A stretch of 64,000 nucleotides of DNA from a virus. Its lineage: Duplodnaviria; Caudoviricetes. The position numbers and the translations under genes are program-made. The notes beneath the pieces were generated by a model, which searched no databases, was not told the origin of the DNA, and saw only the letters and a program-made list of their open reading frames with translations. Numbering within the stretch: the stretch's first letter is position 1; the number at the start of each line of letters is the position of its first letter. Positions 35,841-46,207 of this stretch are shown here, piece by piece. The DNA lies in the IMG/VR virus record IMGVR_UViG_2934748790_000001, positions 32,001-96,000 of that record; one strand, 5' to 3'.

Positions 35841-36929
35841 GTGGCCTACCCGAATTATCGCTACCTGGCCGTGGACAACACACTCGGCATCGACTACGAC
35901 ATCAAGAATCGGTACGGGTCCGGCGAGTACCTCGTCCACGTCGCCGTCCACGGTGGCGCCATCGAGCCGCCCACATCCCAGCTTGCGGCGTACTGCGCCG
36001 GCACGGGGGCGTACTACGTCTTCGAGGCCCTCAGCGATCTCACCGCCGCCAACTTGTCCCTGCCGCCGGAGACGTTCGACGAGCCGTTCGCCGTCGTCAA
36101 CGTCGGCAACAGCTCGCGCACCGTGTCCTGGCGCGGTGTCGAGGACCAGCGGGAGGCCGAAGCGGTGGCGTACATCAGCGGGCTGGACGAGGTCCTGGTC
36201 TCGCTGATCACTCAGGAACTGACCGCTGCCGGCTTCGTCACGGACACTCCTCCGCTGCGGTTCGGCGGCAGCGATGCGTCGAACATAGCCAACAAGAACC
36301 GCATCCATGCTGGAGTCCAGCTCGACCTCACCCGGTCCCTGCGTCAGAGCTTCTATGCCGACGGCGACCTGACCTCGGCGGCCGTGACGAATCCCGCTGC
36401 CCGGCTGCCCCGGTTCTTCGCCTTCGGCGACGCAGTAGCGCGAGCCTGCGCACTCGTGCCCCTGGAGGCCGAGGTCGCCGACTCGCAGCCCGTTGTCCGG
36501 GCCGCCGGAATCGTTGACACCAGCGTGTCGACGGCGATGCGCACCCCGTTCAGCATTGACCACACCGGAGCAGTGGCCGCGACCACCGATCCCCGCGAGC
36601 AGCTCCTGGACCGCGTTCACGCCCTGGTGGGCACACTGCCGGGGGAGCGCGTCATGCGCAGCACGTACGGGGTGCCCACGAGCGCAGCGCTTTTCGATGT
36701 GAGCGCGGACGCGGCGAACGATCAGCTCCAGCGTGCCGTCCTCGACGCGGTGCAGACGTGGGAGCCGTCCGCCACGGTGTCGGCCATCGTCGCCACGGTG
36801 AACCGGGATCTGGGAATGGTCGACATCAACGTGCAGGTCAGCCGGTCGGACGTGCCCGGGGCAGAGCAGGACGTCACGCGCACCGTGGGTGTTCTCGTCG
36901 GAGGCACCGTGGTGTCCACCCCTGAGTAG
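35841..36929 (+). CDS. fusion of a poly-gamma-glutamate hydrolase-like (DUF867) domain and a gp25/gpW baseplate wedge domain
   Basis: AVHGGAIEPPTS, FDEP, NIANKN...GVQLD; from about 36537 MRTPFSI...LVGTLPGERVMRSTYG. Confidence 0.85.
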   Translation: MAYPNYRYLAVDNTLGIDYDIKNRYGSGEYLVHVAVHGGAIEPPTSQLAAYCAGTGAYYVFEALSDLTAANLSLPPETFDEPFAVVNVGNSSRTVSWRGVEDQREAEAVAYISGLDEVLVSLITQELTAAGFVTDTPPLRFGGSDASNIANKNRIHAGVQLDLTRSLRQSFYADGDLTSAAVTNPAARLPRFFAFGDAVARACALVPLEAEVADSQPVVRAAGIVDTSVSTAMRTPFSIDHTGAVAATTDPREQLLDRVHALVGTLPGERVMRSTYGVPTSAALFDVSADAANDQLQRAVLDAVQTWEPSATVSAIVATVNRDLGMVDINVQVSRSDVPGAEQDVTRTVGVLVGGTVVSTPE

Positions 36930-37030
36930 TAATTAACGGCGGCCCGCCCGGAACCGTAGAATCCCATTATCAGGCCGGCTCACATTTCTCACTCGATCCC
37001 GCTGGCGGGAACCGAGAGGAAGTGTGCGCA

Positions 37031-38551
37031 GTGGCAGGTACCGCGTCGGCGGCACAGATCGACTACACGTCGCGCGATTTCACTGGCTACCGCGACGCCC
37101 TTCTGGCCTACGCCGGCGAGGTTCTCCCGGAGTGGACTTCGCGGAGCCCTGCGGATTTCGGCGTCGTCATGGTCGAGCTTTTCTCGTACCTCGGCGACAT
37201 CGTCAGTTTCTACCAGGATCGAATTCAGGATGAGGCGTATCTGACGACCGCCACCCAGCGGTCCAGCGTCATCGCCATCGCCCAGCAGCTCGGATACCAG
37301 CCGCACACCGCGATCCCGGCCACGGGCCAGGTCGCGTTCTCTCCCGCCCCCGGTCTGACCTCCCCCGTCGTACTGCCCGCCGGGACACAGGTCATCACCA
37401 CGTACATTGCTGCACTGGACCGTGCCATCACGTACGAGACGACCGCCGACGTTGTCGTCCCGGCCTACACGACGCCTGTTCCGCAGGTAGTCGGCCTGGT
37501 CGCGGAGGGCGCCACCCAGGGCAACCGAACGCTGGCCCTGTACGCCTCCACGGCGGGCCAGCCGGCCTCCACCATCCGTGTCGAGGATGTGGGTACTTCG
37601 GACGGGACCCAGGCGCAGGCTTTCACCCTGGCCCAGGCCCCCGTCCTCCTGGACACGGTCCGCGTCTTCGTGGACGACGGCCTCGGCGGCACCGAGTGGA
37701 CGCGGGTTTCGGACTTCCTTCTTTCCAGGCCCTCCGACCTGATTGTCACGGCACACACCGACGACCAAGGCATTACGCGCCTGATCTTCGGCGATGGCAC
37801 CAACGGATCGATTCCGTCCACGGGTCTCAAGATCGCGGTTGCCTACCGTACGGGGGGCGGTTCCTACGGGAACATCCCGCAGGGCAGCATCGTCGATTTG
37901 GCGGAGGGACTCCCCGGCGTCGTCGTCGCCGGTTCCTCCCCCATGGCCGGTGGTGCGGACGAGGAGTCCATCGATCAGATTCGCGTCAACGCGCCCAGAG
38001 TCTTCCGCACCCAGGGCCGCGCGGTAAGCGGCCAGGACTACGCCGATCTGGCGCTCTCCGTCGCGGGCGTCGCCGGCGCGAGCGCCGTGGTGCGGTCCGC
38101 CTCGGCAGTGACCATCTTCATCGTGGGGCCCGCCAACATCCTGCCGTCCGAGGGCCAGCGGGATGCGGTCGCACAGTACGTGCAGGACCGGGCTTTGACA
38201 GGCGTCATCGTCAACGTGGTCAACGGGACGTTGATCCCGACGAACGTCGGCTCCAGCACACTGCCCGTCCTGATCTCCGTGCAGGCCCGCTACCGCAGGG
38301 ACACGGTCAAGCTGGCGGTACAGCAGGCCATTCAGCGGGTTTTCACCCCGCCGCAGACCACATTCGGATCGCGCATTTCCATTTCCCAGGTCTACCGCGC
38401 CATCCAGGAAGTGCCGGGCGTGGAATGGGCCGTGATTCAAATGATGGCCCGCTCCGATCTCCCGCAGAGCGGTACCGCAGACATCATCTGCCGCGACAAC
38501 GAGATTCCCATCGTCGGCAACATCGTCGTCACCGCCAGCGGCGGAGTGTAG
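37031..38551 (+). CDS. baseplate J/gp6-like protein
   Basis: IDYTSRDF, PEWTSRSPADFG, FGDGTNG, GGADEESIDQIR, RAVSGQDY. Confidence 0.93.
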   Translation: MAGTASAAQIDYTSRDFTGYRDALLAYAGEVLPEWTSRSPADFGVVMVELFSYLGDIVSFYQDRIQDEAYLTTATQRSSVIAIAQQLGYQPHTAIPATGQVAFSPAPGLTSPVVLPAGTQVITTYIAALDRAITYETTADVVVPAYTTPVPQVVGLVAEGATQGNRTLALYASTAGQPASTIRVEDVGTSDGTQAQAFTLAQAPVLLDTVRVFVDDGLGGTEWTRVSDFLLSRPSDLIVTAHTDDQGITRLIFGDGTNGSIPSTGLKIAVAYRTGGGSYGNIPQGSIVDLAEGLPGVVVAGSSPMAGGADEESIDQIRVNAPRVFRTQGRAVSGQDYADLALSVAGVAGASAVVRSASAVTIFIVGPANILPSEGQRDAVAQYVQDRALTGVIVNVVNGTLIPTNVGSSTLPVLISVQARYRRDTVKLAVQQAIQRVFTPPQTTFGSRISISQVYRAIQEVPGVEWAVIQMMARSDLPQSGTADIICRDNEIPIVGNIVVTASGGV

Positions 38552-38560
38552 GAGCCCAGC

Positions 38561-39370
38561 ATGCCTGCCGTGTATCCCGTGTCGGTCCGCAGTTTCACGC
38601 CGAGGACAGACAATGTCGACGTCATCTGGGCTGCCCACGTCAACGACCTTCAGCACGAGGTGAGTGCTGTCGAGCGCACCGTCGGGACCAGCCCTCATGT
38701 GTGGTCCGGGTGGTCGCCTTCCGGCATGAATCCCCTTGTATGGCCGCCACGTCCGGGCGCGATGACGATCAAGACCCCTGCGCCAGTGTCGAACTTCGGA
38801 GCCGCAAAGACGTACGCGTCAGTGGCCGACCGGCTCAAGGCGATTCAGCAGCAGGAGGCGTGGCTGACGCTCATGGTGCAACTACTCGTCGGCCAGTCCG
38901 GTACGAACCAGCCCGCGCCTACGCCTGCGAAGCCGCTCAAGCCGGCCGCTGCGGTGATCCGGGCACCCGGCATGAAAGTACCTTCCGGTGAGGGAAAATG
39001 GGTTCCCTTCAAGTGGGGTGCGGCGGATTACGACCCGAACAAGATGTACCAGGGTGGCAGCAACATCGTGGCACCTGTCACCGGATTCTGGGACATCAGC
39101 GTCAGCGTCTGGGCGGACTCAACCACTCGTCGCCCCAACGATTTGCACTTCGTGCACGTGCGGCTGATGCGCGGGACCACGGAAATCGCCGGACAGGATT
39201 CGCTTATCGAGACGCAGACCTGGATCAGGCACCGCATCAACGTGTCATGGCAGGGACGATGGAATGCGGGTGTACCCGTCCAGGTCCAGGTGAGCCAGCA
39301 CGGAGCGAGCGACAACACCGTGGACGCCAACGCCACCATCTCCATGTCGTTCGTTCGCGACCTTACGTGA
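38561..39370 (+). CDS. baseplate/fibre-associated protein (C1q-like C-terminus)
   Basis: AAHVNDLQHEVSAVE; YDPNKMY...APVTGFW. Confidence 0.75.
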   Translation: MPAVYPVSVRSFTPRTDNVDVIWAAHVNDLQHEVSAVERTVGTSPHVWSGWSPSGMNPLVWPPRPGAMTIKTPAPVSNFGAAKTYASVADRLKAIQQQEAWLTLMVQLLVGQSGTNQPAPTPAKPLKPAAAVIRAPGMKVPSGEGKWVPFKWGAADYDPNKMYQGGSNIVAPVTGFWDISVSVWADSTTRRPNDLHFVHVRLMRGTTEIAGQDSLIETQTWIRHRINVSWQGRWNAGVPVQVQVSQHGASDNTVDANATISMSFVRDLT

Positions 39371-39377
39371 GGCTGTA

Positions 39378-42290
39378 ATGGGCGTCTACGAACTCGACAT
39401 CTACGCCAAAACCCGCTACGGCGCACCCCTTTTCGTCTCTTTCGAATCCACCATGCATGCCGAGCAGCGGGGCTACGGCGCGCTGGAGGTGTCCTGGGAA
39501 ACACCCGCCCAGGCGGGCTCCTCCCAGATCCTTGCCGGCGTCAAAGCGTGGACGCGACTACGGCTGGTACGCAACCGCTACGGCATCCCCGAAACGGAGA
39601 GCGACGGTTGGGTCATCCTTGAGGCCACCGCCGCCAGCGGAGACACAGCCAACCGCTATCTGGACAGCACCGTCGCGGAAGGCCAGGTCTACTACTACGC
39701 GGTGTTCGTCTCCACGTCACCCAACGCCTACGACCCGACGAACACCTACTACCCCGGCGACCTGGCCACTTACGGCACCACCGTGTACGCAGCCACACAG
39801 ACGACTACCGGCCTCCAGCCCGACACGAACCCCGCCGCCTGGGGCGCCACCGGCATCGTCGATGAGTGGTACCGCTGCGGCGGATGTGTGGGCCTGGGCG
39901 TGCGCGACTTCCGGCACTCCGAGCTGCTGTACGACCACATCCCCCGCCCATACAAGGTGGAGGTCGTCGAAAGCACTGCATCCGCAATACCCGTCAACGA
40001 GCAACTCAGCCGATTCTGCTCACTGTTCGGCTACTTCTTCGACGTAATGAAGTGCGAGCACGCACAACTGCTGCGCATGAACGACGTACTGAAGTGCACC
40101 GACCAGCAAATCACGCTGCTGGCCCAGAGTATGGGGATCGCGCACGAGCTGCCCGCGTTGCCAGAGCTGCGCCGCTCATACGTGAAGGACGCAGCACTCA
40201 TCCAACGCGACCGAGGCACGGTCGAATCCACAGCACGCCTCATCAAGGCGGTCACCGGCTGGGACGCGGATGTCCTGACCGGGTACAACGCTCTGCACGA
40301 CCTGGACGAGGCCGCGTTCGCTTCCCCCGACTATCCGGAGTGGCGGCGTGACACGGTCTACTACACCACGGCGGGAAGCCCGCTCCACTCGGACATCGTG
40401 CGGTACGACGGGGTGCTGTACGCGGCGGTCGGCGTGCCCCACCGGAATTCCCTCTATCTCTCCTACACCGGCTCGAACCCCGTGCGCACCGGCAGCGGAA
40501 CGATCGTGCGAGACCCTGACCGTGTCGCCGATCCGTACCCGGGCTATGTCCGGCTCAACAATGCCTCCCCCGGCGACACACTGACCTTCACGTTCAACGC
40601 CCCTATGGGCGGGGCGGGCACTTTCAACGTGATGCTCGTGGGCATCTCCGATCCTGCCGGCGGCATCGTCACTGCCAAGGTGAACGGTGTGGACGGGGTC
40701 CTGCCCGCCTTGGATCTGTACAGCTCCTCTCGGCAGCAGATCCCGATCGCCATGGTGGGCAGTTTCAACCTCACCACCGCGAACAACACCCTGACGCTGA
40801 CCGTAACCGGAAAGAACGCACTGTCGAGCGGCTATGCCATCGCCGCTTCCTACATCCTGATCCAGGGCTACGAACTCAACCTCAATGTCCGGCCTTTCGG
40901 CGATCCCCAGTCGATCGCCAACTGGGCTTCCATCACGCCGAATTCACTCAAGGACACATCCGCCGAGTGGAACCCGTTGACGGGGGGCTACGGCTCGTGG
41001 AACCTCGCCATACCCAGCGGAACCGTCAACCCTGACGTCACATCCACGTCCAACCCCGACTGGTGGGTCTCCCCCCAGGGTGCATCCGTGGGCTCCGCCA
41101 GCCCTGGAACCGGCAACTCACTGAACTACGCCGCACTCACGGCCGGTACGCGCGAGGTGTTCCTCGCCGGCCTGGTCCGCGCGGCGACGTGGGACTCGGC
41201 GAATACGTACGCCCCAGGGCAGGCAGTCACCTGGAATCCGCTCGGCTGGGCAACCGCACCCGTGTACGTCGCCAAGACACAGAGCGTAGGACGCCAGCCC
41301 AATCTCAATCCTGACAAGTGGGAACTCCGCCCCTACCGAGCGAATTACGTGCCCGAGCCGAGCCGTATCCTCACCGATACAATCCACACTCCGAGAGTCA
41401 GCTCCTGGTCCGCGACGCGGGGGTACCGGAAGGGCGCAAGAATCGCGTGGCGCGGTCACCTCTACGAAGCCGCGCGTGCATCTCTCGGGGTCTACCCGAC
41501 CGGGTACAGCACAGATAATCTCTGGTGGCGCTGGTGCGGCCTGAACACACAGCGTTGGACATTCTCGGTCTACCACGCCCGCTCCGCGACCGCGACGGGC
41601 GCCGACGTACGGCCGTTCGTGAACTGGTATAACGCCAACGGCACTTACGGAGGCAACGCCTCACTCGCCAGCGACGCGCAGGTTCTGTTCGACCGCTTCG
41701 AGACCACGCCGATCTACCCGGCCTCCACGGGCAGCGCCCCGGCCGACTACACAATGCCGGCAGCGGGCCAGCAGGGTGTGCCCCTCCCCTGGAATTTCTC
41801 ATGGGGATCGTGGGCCACTACGCGAGGAGTTGTCCGGCCTACCGCCTGGAACTCCGCCAGTGCGCTGGAGCGGCGAGCCGGCCGGGTTCTGTTCTTCATG
41901 CGGAATTGGGTCTACGCCGCTGTCCCCACGGGCCAGACCGGAGAACAGGTCTACGCCACCTTCATGTCACCGCCGGACACGTCGGAGGCGGCTATGGAGC
42001 ACGGCATCGTCGTGCGGTACAGCCCCGCCGCCTACTGGCTGGCCTCTCGCGACCGCCTGACCTACACCACGGTCACCGTCTCCGGCGGAACGATCACCGC
42101 CGTCAACGTGGCTGTCGTCGCCACATGGACGCCCATCGCCTACGGCGAACGCGTCCGAGTGCGGACCAGGGCGGCGGACATCCTCGTCGAGGCACGAGGC
42201 TGGTCGGGCTGGCGAACCCTGGCCACCGTGAGCGACACCCGGAATAACTCCGCCGTGGGAACTGGCCTGCTCGAAAGGGTCCGCACATGA
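39378..42290 (+). CDS. baseplate gpI-like/tail fibre protein with CBM5/12-like modules
   Basis: LYDHIPRPY, LSRFCSLFG, RGT...AVTGW; four W/Y...Y.PG..V.Y.G..Y.A modules. Confidence 0.8.
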   Translation: MGVYELDIYAKTRYGAPLFVSFESTMHAEQRGYGALEVSWETPAQAGSSQILAGVKAWTRLRLVRNRYGIPETESDGWVILEATAASGDTANRYLDSTVAEGQVYYYAVFVSTSPNAYDPTNTYYPGDLATYGTTVYAATQTTTGLQPDTNPAAWGATGIVDEWYRCGGCVGLGVRDFRHSELLYDHIPRPYKVEVVESTASAIPVNEQLSRFCSLFGYFFDVMKCEHAQLLRMNDVLKCTDQQITLLAQSMGIAHELPALPELRRSYVKDAALIQRDRGTVESTARLIKAVTGWDADVLTGYNALHDLDEAAFASPDYPEWRRDTVYYTTAGSPLHSDIVRYDGVLYAAVGVPHRNSLYLSYTGSNPVRTGSGTIVRDPDRVADPYPGYVRLNNASPGDTLTFTFNAPMGGAGTFNVMLVGISDPAGGIVTAKVNGVDGVLPALDLYSSSRQQIPIAMVGSFNLTTANNTLTLTVTGKNALSSGYAIAASYILIQGYELNLNVRPFGDPQSIANWASITPNSLKDTSAEWNPLTGGYGSWNLAIPSGTVNPDVTSTSNPDWWVSPQGASVGSASPGTGNSLNYAALTAGTREVFLAGLVRAATWDSANTYAPGQAVTWNPLGWATAPVYVAKTQSVGRQPNLNPDKWELRPYRANYVPEPSRILTDTIHTPRVSSWSATRGYRKGARIAWRGHLYEAARASLGVYPTGYSTDNLWWRWCGLNTQRWTFSVYHARSATATGADVRPFVNWYNANGTYGGNASLASDAQVLFDRFETTPIYPASTGSAPADYTMPAAGQQGVPLPWNFSWGSWATTRGVVRPTAWNSASALERRAGRVLFFMRNWVYAAVPTGQTGEQVYATFMSPPDTSEAAMEHGIVVRYSPAAYWLASRDRLTYTTVTVSGGTITAVNVAVVATWTPIAYGERVRVRTRAADILVEARGWSGWRTLATVSDTRNNSAVGTGLLERVRT

Positions 42291-44368
42291 CTACGCCCAT
42301 CCCCTTTGCTTTGCCCGGCATTTCGGGAAGCACCGGCGTCTTCAATCCCGCGCTCCGGCTCATCACTCAGCTCTCCGGAGTGGCCGGGAGCAGCAAAGGC
42401 GCCGGAGCTATTGAGCTGCTGCAATCCAATGTGCCCGGTTCGTTCACTGATTTCGCGCTGGTGCCCTACGGGCCGGCTGTCTACTCCGACCCCGCTTTCA
42501 GCTACGTCACGTCGGGCACGATTCGTCTGGGCGGAACTGACCCCGTTAATACCTGGAGGCGCCTCTCTCTCACCGCCCAAGCTCCGGACCATACCTACAG
42601 CCCTGGTCCTATCGGATCGATCTACGGCGTATTCGACTACGCACGCCTCGGCGTCACCTCGTCGGCGATGGCACTCAACGAGACACACCGGATTGCTTAC
42701 GCCCAGTTCGAGCGCACTCCGCCGGGACTGGACGCGGACAGCAGCCAGTTCGGCTCCAACCTGTTCGATCTGGAGCAGTCGTCCTACGAGGGGCGCCTGA
42801 TGTACTCGCCCGTCGGAGGCGGCGGCGAGAGCGCGCACATGACCTTCGCGCGCACCAACGAGCACGTCTCGTGCGGCGAGTTCAGCGGGAAGTTCGTCTA
42901 CCAATCCCCGCCAGCAGAGAACAGCTACGCGTCGGTCCAGCAGTTCGGGACATACCCGAATCTGCTTACCCACCGACAGACGTACGCCGACGTGAAATAC
43001 CGGGCTTTCCTCCCCGGGGAAGGCCCCCCGGAGAACCCGGACGGCACCGGAACAGTCGGCGGTACCCCGATCGCCGCTCCTGCGGTGCTGACGCTCAGCC
43101 CTCTCCAGACCGCATTGGTACGTGTCGAGCCCGGTGTCACGTACCAGGCGCAGGTGTCGGTTGCCACCGAGGTTCCCGGCCAGCAGGTCTCCTGCGCGGT
43201 CCTGCGCTACGACAGTGCCTTCAACTTGATCGGCACCTACCAGGCCGGCCCCGCGTCCACAACGTTGGGCAGCAATCGCTGGCAGCAGGTCGGCGTCGCC
43301 TGCACCATGGACTCCAATGCTGCTTATGCGGCGGTCGTCCCCCGTCTCACCTCCGGTGGCGCTTCACGCGTCGTGTGGTACGTGGACGAGCACCGGATCT
43401 GGGTTCCCTCCACGCTCGCGACGAAGGCCGGCGGCGTCTCGCCCGCCCGGCCCTGGCAGCCGCCCCGGCAGCTCATCATCAAGTTGCGTGCGTCCCGGGT
43501 GAACTACGCCAAGAACCCCAGCTTCCAGAACTCCCTGTGGGGTTGGGCGCCGGAGAAGGACGCTTCCCTGCCCACGTCGCTCACGCTCGTTCCCGGAGGC
43601 GGGATCGTAGGCAACGCGGCTCAGTACAGCATCTCCACCGCCCCCACCACGACGCTGATCAACGGGACGTCACCGCGCACCGGTGTGGCCTCGGTGACCG
43701 CGCAGCCGGCCCTTGTGGACCGGCTCAGGCCGAGCACCGTCTACACGGCGTCCCTGTACGTGCAGCCTCTCGCCTCCCCCGTCCCCGTGACGCTGTGGGC
43801 ACACGACGGCACGAGCCTGGTCCGGGGCACGAGCACAGCCATCGCGGACCCCACGGGCAACACCACCTGGACGCGGCTCGCGGTGACCTTCACGACCTCC
43901 AGCACCTTCGGGGGGTCCCTGCGGATGAGCCTCGGCTACGCGGCCGACGACGTCGCCAGCGTCTACGCCTCGGTCACCCCCGGCACAAGCGACGCGGTGT
44001 GGGAGCAGCTCGGCGACCCCCCGGGGGGAGTCCCTGACTGGAGCCAGACAGCCACCTACTCCCTCGGCGATCAGGTCGTGCACGCCGACGCCCTGTGGCA
44101 GGCCCGCGTACCCAACGGCCCCTACGTCAACGTCGGGCCTCTCACCTTCCGCTACGACCACGTCCTGGTCGAGCAGGCCGACCGGCTGGACGACTTCTTC
44201 GATGGCAACCAGCCGTCCGCCGACTACCTGTGGGAGGGATCGGCCGGGGATTCTCGCTCGCACTATTACCGGGGGAAAAGGGTGAGCCAATACCGTCTGG
44301 ACCAGCTCATTCAGCGGCAGATCGGTGTGGGCGCCTCGTACCGGCTCGTGTACGCCAGCGCTCCGTGA
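42287..44368 (+). CDS. tail/baseplate protein with carbohydrate-binding-type domains
   Basis: NYAKNPSF, LRPSTVYTASLYV, FFDG...WEG...SRSHYY; one CBM5/12-like module. Confidence 0.8.
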   Translation: MTTPIPFALPGISGSTGVFNPALRLITQLSGVAGSSKGAGAIELLQSNVPGSFTDFALVPYGPAVYSDPAFSYVTSGTIRLGGTDPVNTWRRLSLTAQAPDHTYSPGPIGSIYGVFDYARLGVTSSAMALNETHRIAYAQFERTPPGLDADSSQFGSNLFDLEQSSYEGRLMYSPVGGGGESAHMTFARTNEHVSCGEFSGKFVYQSPPAENSYASVQQFGTYPNLLTHRQTYADVKYRAFLPGEGPPENPDGTGTVGGTPIAAPAVLTLSPLQTALVRVEPGVTYQAQVSVATEVPGQQVSCAVLRYDSAFNLIGTYQAGPASTTLGSNRWQQVGVACTMDSNAAYAAVVPRLTSGGASRVVWYVDEHRIWVPSTLATKAGGVSPARPWQPPRQLIIKLRASRVNYAKNPSFQNSLWGWAPEKDASLPTSLTLVPGGGIVGNAAQYSISTAPTTTLINGTSPRTGVASVTAQPALVDRLRPSTVYTASLYVQPLASPVPVTLWAHDGTSLVRGTSTAIADPTGNTTWTRLAVTFTTSSTFGGSLRMSLGYAADDVASVYASVTPGTSDAVWEQLGDPPGGVPDWSQTATYSLGDQVVHADALWQARVPNGPYVNVGPLTFRYDHVLVEQADRLDDFFDGNQPSADYLWEGSAGDSRSHYYRGKRVSQYRLDQLIQRQIGVGASYRLVYASAP

Positions 44369-44381
44369 CCCGGGATTCGCC

Positions 44382-44687
44382 ATGTACCTACTCGTCCTCG
44401 CGCTCGCCACTTTCCTCGTCTGGGAGGCGTTCCTGCGTCCTCTCGTCGCGCTCCTGGTGTCCGCGCTCCGCGCCCCCGACTTGCTCGCCGGCTACGCCAA
44501 GGCCGTTACGGCTGTAGGCACCGCAATGGCACTAGACCATTGGGTGGACGAGCATTTCCTTATCCCTCTCGCGGCTGCTTCCGCCGCCGGGGCACTCAGC
44601 CTTCTGAGCCGTACGAGTGAGACACCGCAAATTGCCGTAGCGACTCGAAACAGGGCCAGACGAGGGATGCCCATGCCCGGTCCGTAG
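44382..44687 (+). CDS. membrane protein (holin candidate)
   Basis: 2-3 hydrophobic segments and a basic C-terminus; last gene of the late operon. Confidence 0.55.
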   Translation: MYLLVLALATFLVWEAFLRPLVALLVSALRAPDLLAGYAKAVTAVGTAMALDHWVDEHFLIPLAAASAAGALSLLSRTSETPQIAVATRNRARRGMPMPGP

Positions 44688-44831
44688 AGGTCAGGGCACT
44701 GTCTCACCCCTGCGGGCTACATTGCGCCGGGTGAGTGGATCTAAAACAAAAGGCCCTGTCGCCCCTATTTCTGCGCTGCCGCTGAGGGCACTATCGCTGA
44801 CACCCAGCCGATCAACCCATGTGAGGAAAAT

Positions 44832-45716
44832 ATGGCCACCGGGAAGCGAACAGTATCTCTGGGAATTCTGGGGGCCGCTGAGGTCCCCACCTCCCTGGTA
44901 GTCGACGCACTGAACGACCACCTGGCCATGGGCCCCGAGGATGCCGAGGGGTATTTCGGCCCGTCGGACCGCTACGAGCTGAGCCTGCTGATCCCGGCCG
45001 GCGAACACGCCACGTCTCAGGGCGTGCACCGCGTCTGGGAGTGGGGCATCCGCTGCGAGTTGCCCTACCGAGCGCTGTGGGACGAGACCGGAAACGACTA
45101 CACGGACGACGTCCTGGCGAACGTCGACAACCCCGAGCAGGACATCGTGATCGCCGGTGACCTCGGCAAGGCCATGGTCGAGCACCTGGGCCAGGCCGAG
45201 AACCCGCTGCTCCTTCTCCTGTCCACGGACGGGCAGTTCGACGACGCCACCGCATCGGCCGCCGCTGCTGCACTCCGCGAGAACATTCCGTGCCACGACC
45301 TGTCGCGGGCGCTGCTGGAGGTGGGGTGGCAGCACCTGCCCGGACACGAGCCGCCGCAGGAGTCCGCCCTGGAGGTCGAGGCCGACGGGCAGACCGCCCT
45401 GTCGATCGTCTCCGATGCCCCCGACGTCACTCTCACCGCCACGGAGGCCGCCGCCGTCAGTCAGTCCCTCGCGGAAGCAGAGCAGTTCGTCGGAGACCTG
45501 ACCACCGACCTGGTGAGCCGCGCGGAAAGCCTGCGTCAGACCCTCATCCACGGCCGCTCGCTGCTGGCGCCCAGCAAGCCGCAGGACGCGGAGCCGGACG
45601 ACGAGAGGCCGAAGAAGACACGGCTCGAAATCTTCAACAGCGAGACGGGCGAGTGGGAGCCGGCCGGCCGTGGCCGCCCGCCGGCCGGGGTGCAGAAGCG
45701 CCGCGTTCCCGCCTGA
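44832..45716 (+). CDS. acidic hypothetical protein with C-terminal AT-hook-like motif
   Basis: GAGG SD; ends GRGRPPAGVQKRR. Confidence 0.8.
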   Translation: MATGKRTVSLGILGAAEVPTSLVVDALNDHLAMGPEDAEGYFGPSDRYELSLLIPAGEHATSQGVHRVWEWGIRCELPYRALWDETGNDYTDDVLANVDNPEQDIVIAGDLGKAMVEHLGQAENPLLLLLSTDGQFDDATASAAAAALRENIPCHDLSRALLEVGWQHLPGHEPPQESALEVEADGQTALSIVSDAPDVTLTATEAAAVSQSLAEAEQFVGDLTTDLVSRAESLRQTLIHGRSLLAPSKPQDAEPDDERPKKTRLEIFNSETGEWEPAGRGRPPAGVQKRRVPA

Positions 45717-45723
45717 CGCGAAG

Positions 45724-45750
45724 GACCCCCGGCGGATTCCGCCGGGGGTC
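45724..45750 (+). terminator. hairpin
   Basis: Perfect 12-bp stem GACCCCCGGCGG/CCGCCGGGGGTC. Confidence 0.65.
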
Positions 45751-45796
45751 ACATTCAGGCTGCCACGCCATTCGACACATTCCTCGGGAGAATAGC

Positions 45797-46207
45797 ATGG
45801 GTCTCGATATTGCAGTTGAAGAGATTCTCGCGAGAGTTCCCGCAAGGGCTCGCACGGCGTACACGAATCTCATCACGCACAAGGACACCCGGTACGACGC
45901 GGACACCGGCTGGTCCTGCGCCTACGTCACGCAGCAGGGTCTCGCGGACGACATGAAAGTGTCGCTGCGAACTGCCACCAGGGCTGTGAATGACCTGCGC
46001 CGCATCGGAGTTCTCCGTGTGCATGTCTGGCCCGGAGCGGTCACCGAGACCCAAGTCCGCGTCAGTGACGTCCCGGTGGCCAGCATCTTCGGCCCGGTCC
46101 GAATGGCTCAGCACCAGATGCCCCATCAGCAGCTCGTGGACTGGGCAATCAGGCTCCTCGTGCAACAGAACTGCGAGTTCGAGGACGCACTGCCCGAAGG
46201 CGAGTAA
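45797..46207 (+). CDS. HTH protein (replication-initiator-like winged helix)
   Basis: AYVTQQGLADDMKVSLRTATRAVNDLRRIGVL. Confidence 0.75.
   Translation: MGLDIAVEEILARVPARARTAYTNLITHKDTRYDADTGWSCAYVTQQGLADDMKVSLRTATRAVNDLRRIGVLRVHVWPGAVTETQVRVSDVPVASIFGPVRMAQHQMPHQQLVDWAIRLLVQQNCEFEDALPEGE

Noticed and set aside
26052-44368. Extracellular contractile injection system (eCIS/tailocin)
   Set aside because: Terminase, portal, capsid and replication genes are linked, so this is a phage tail.
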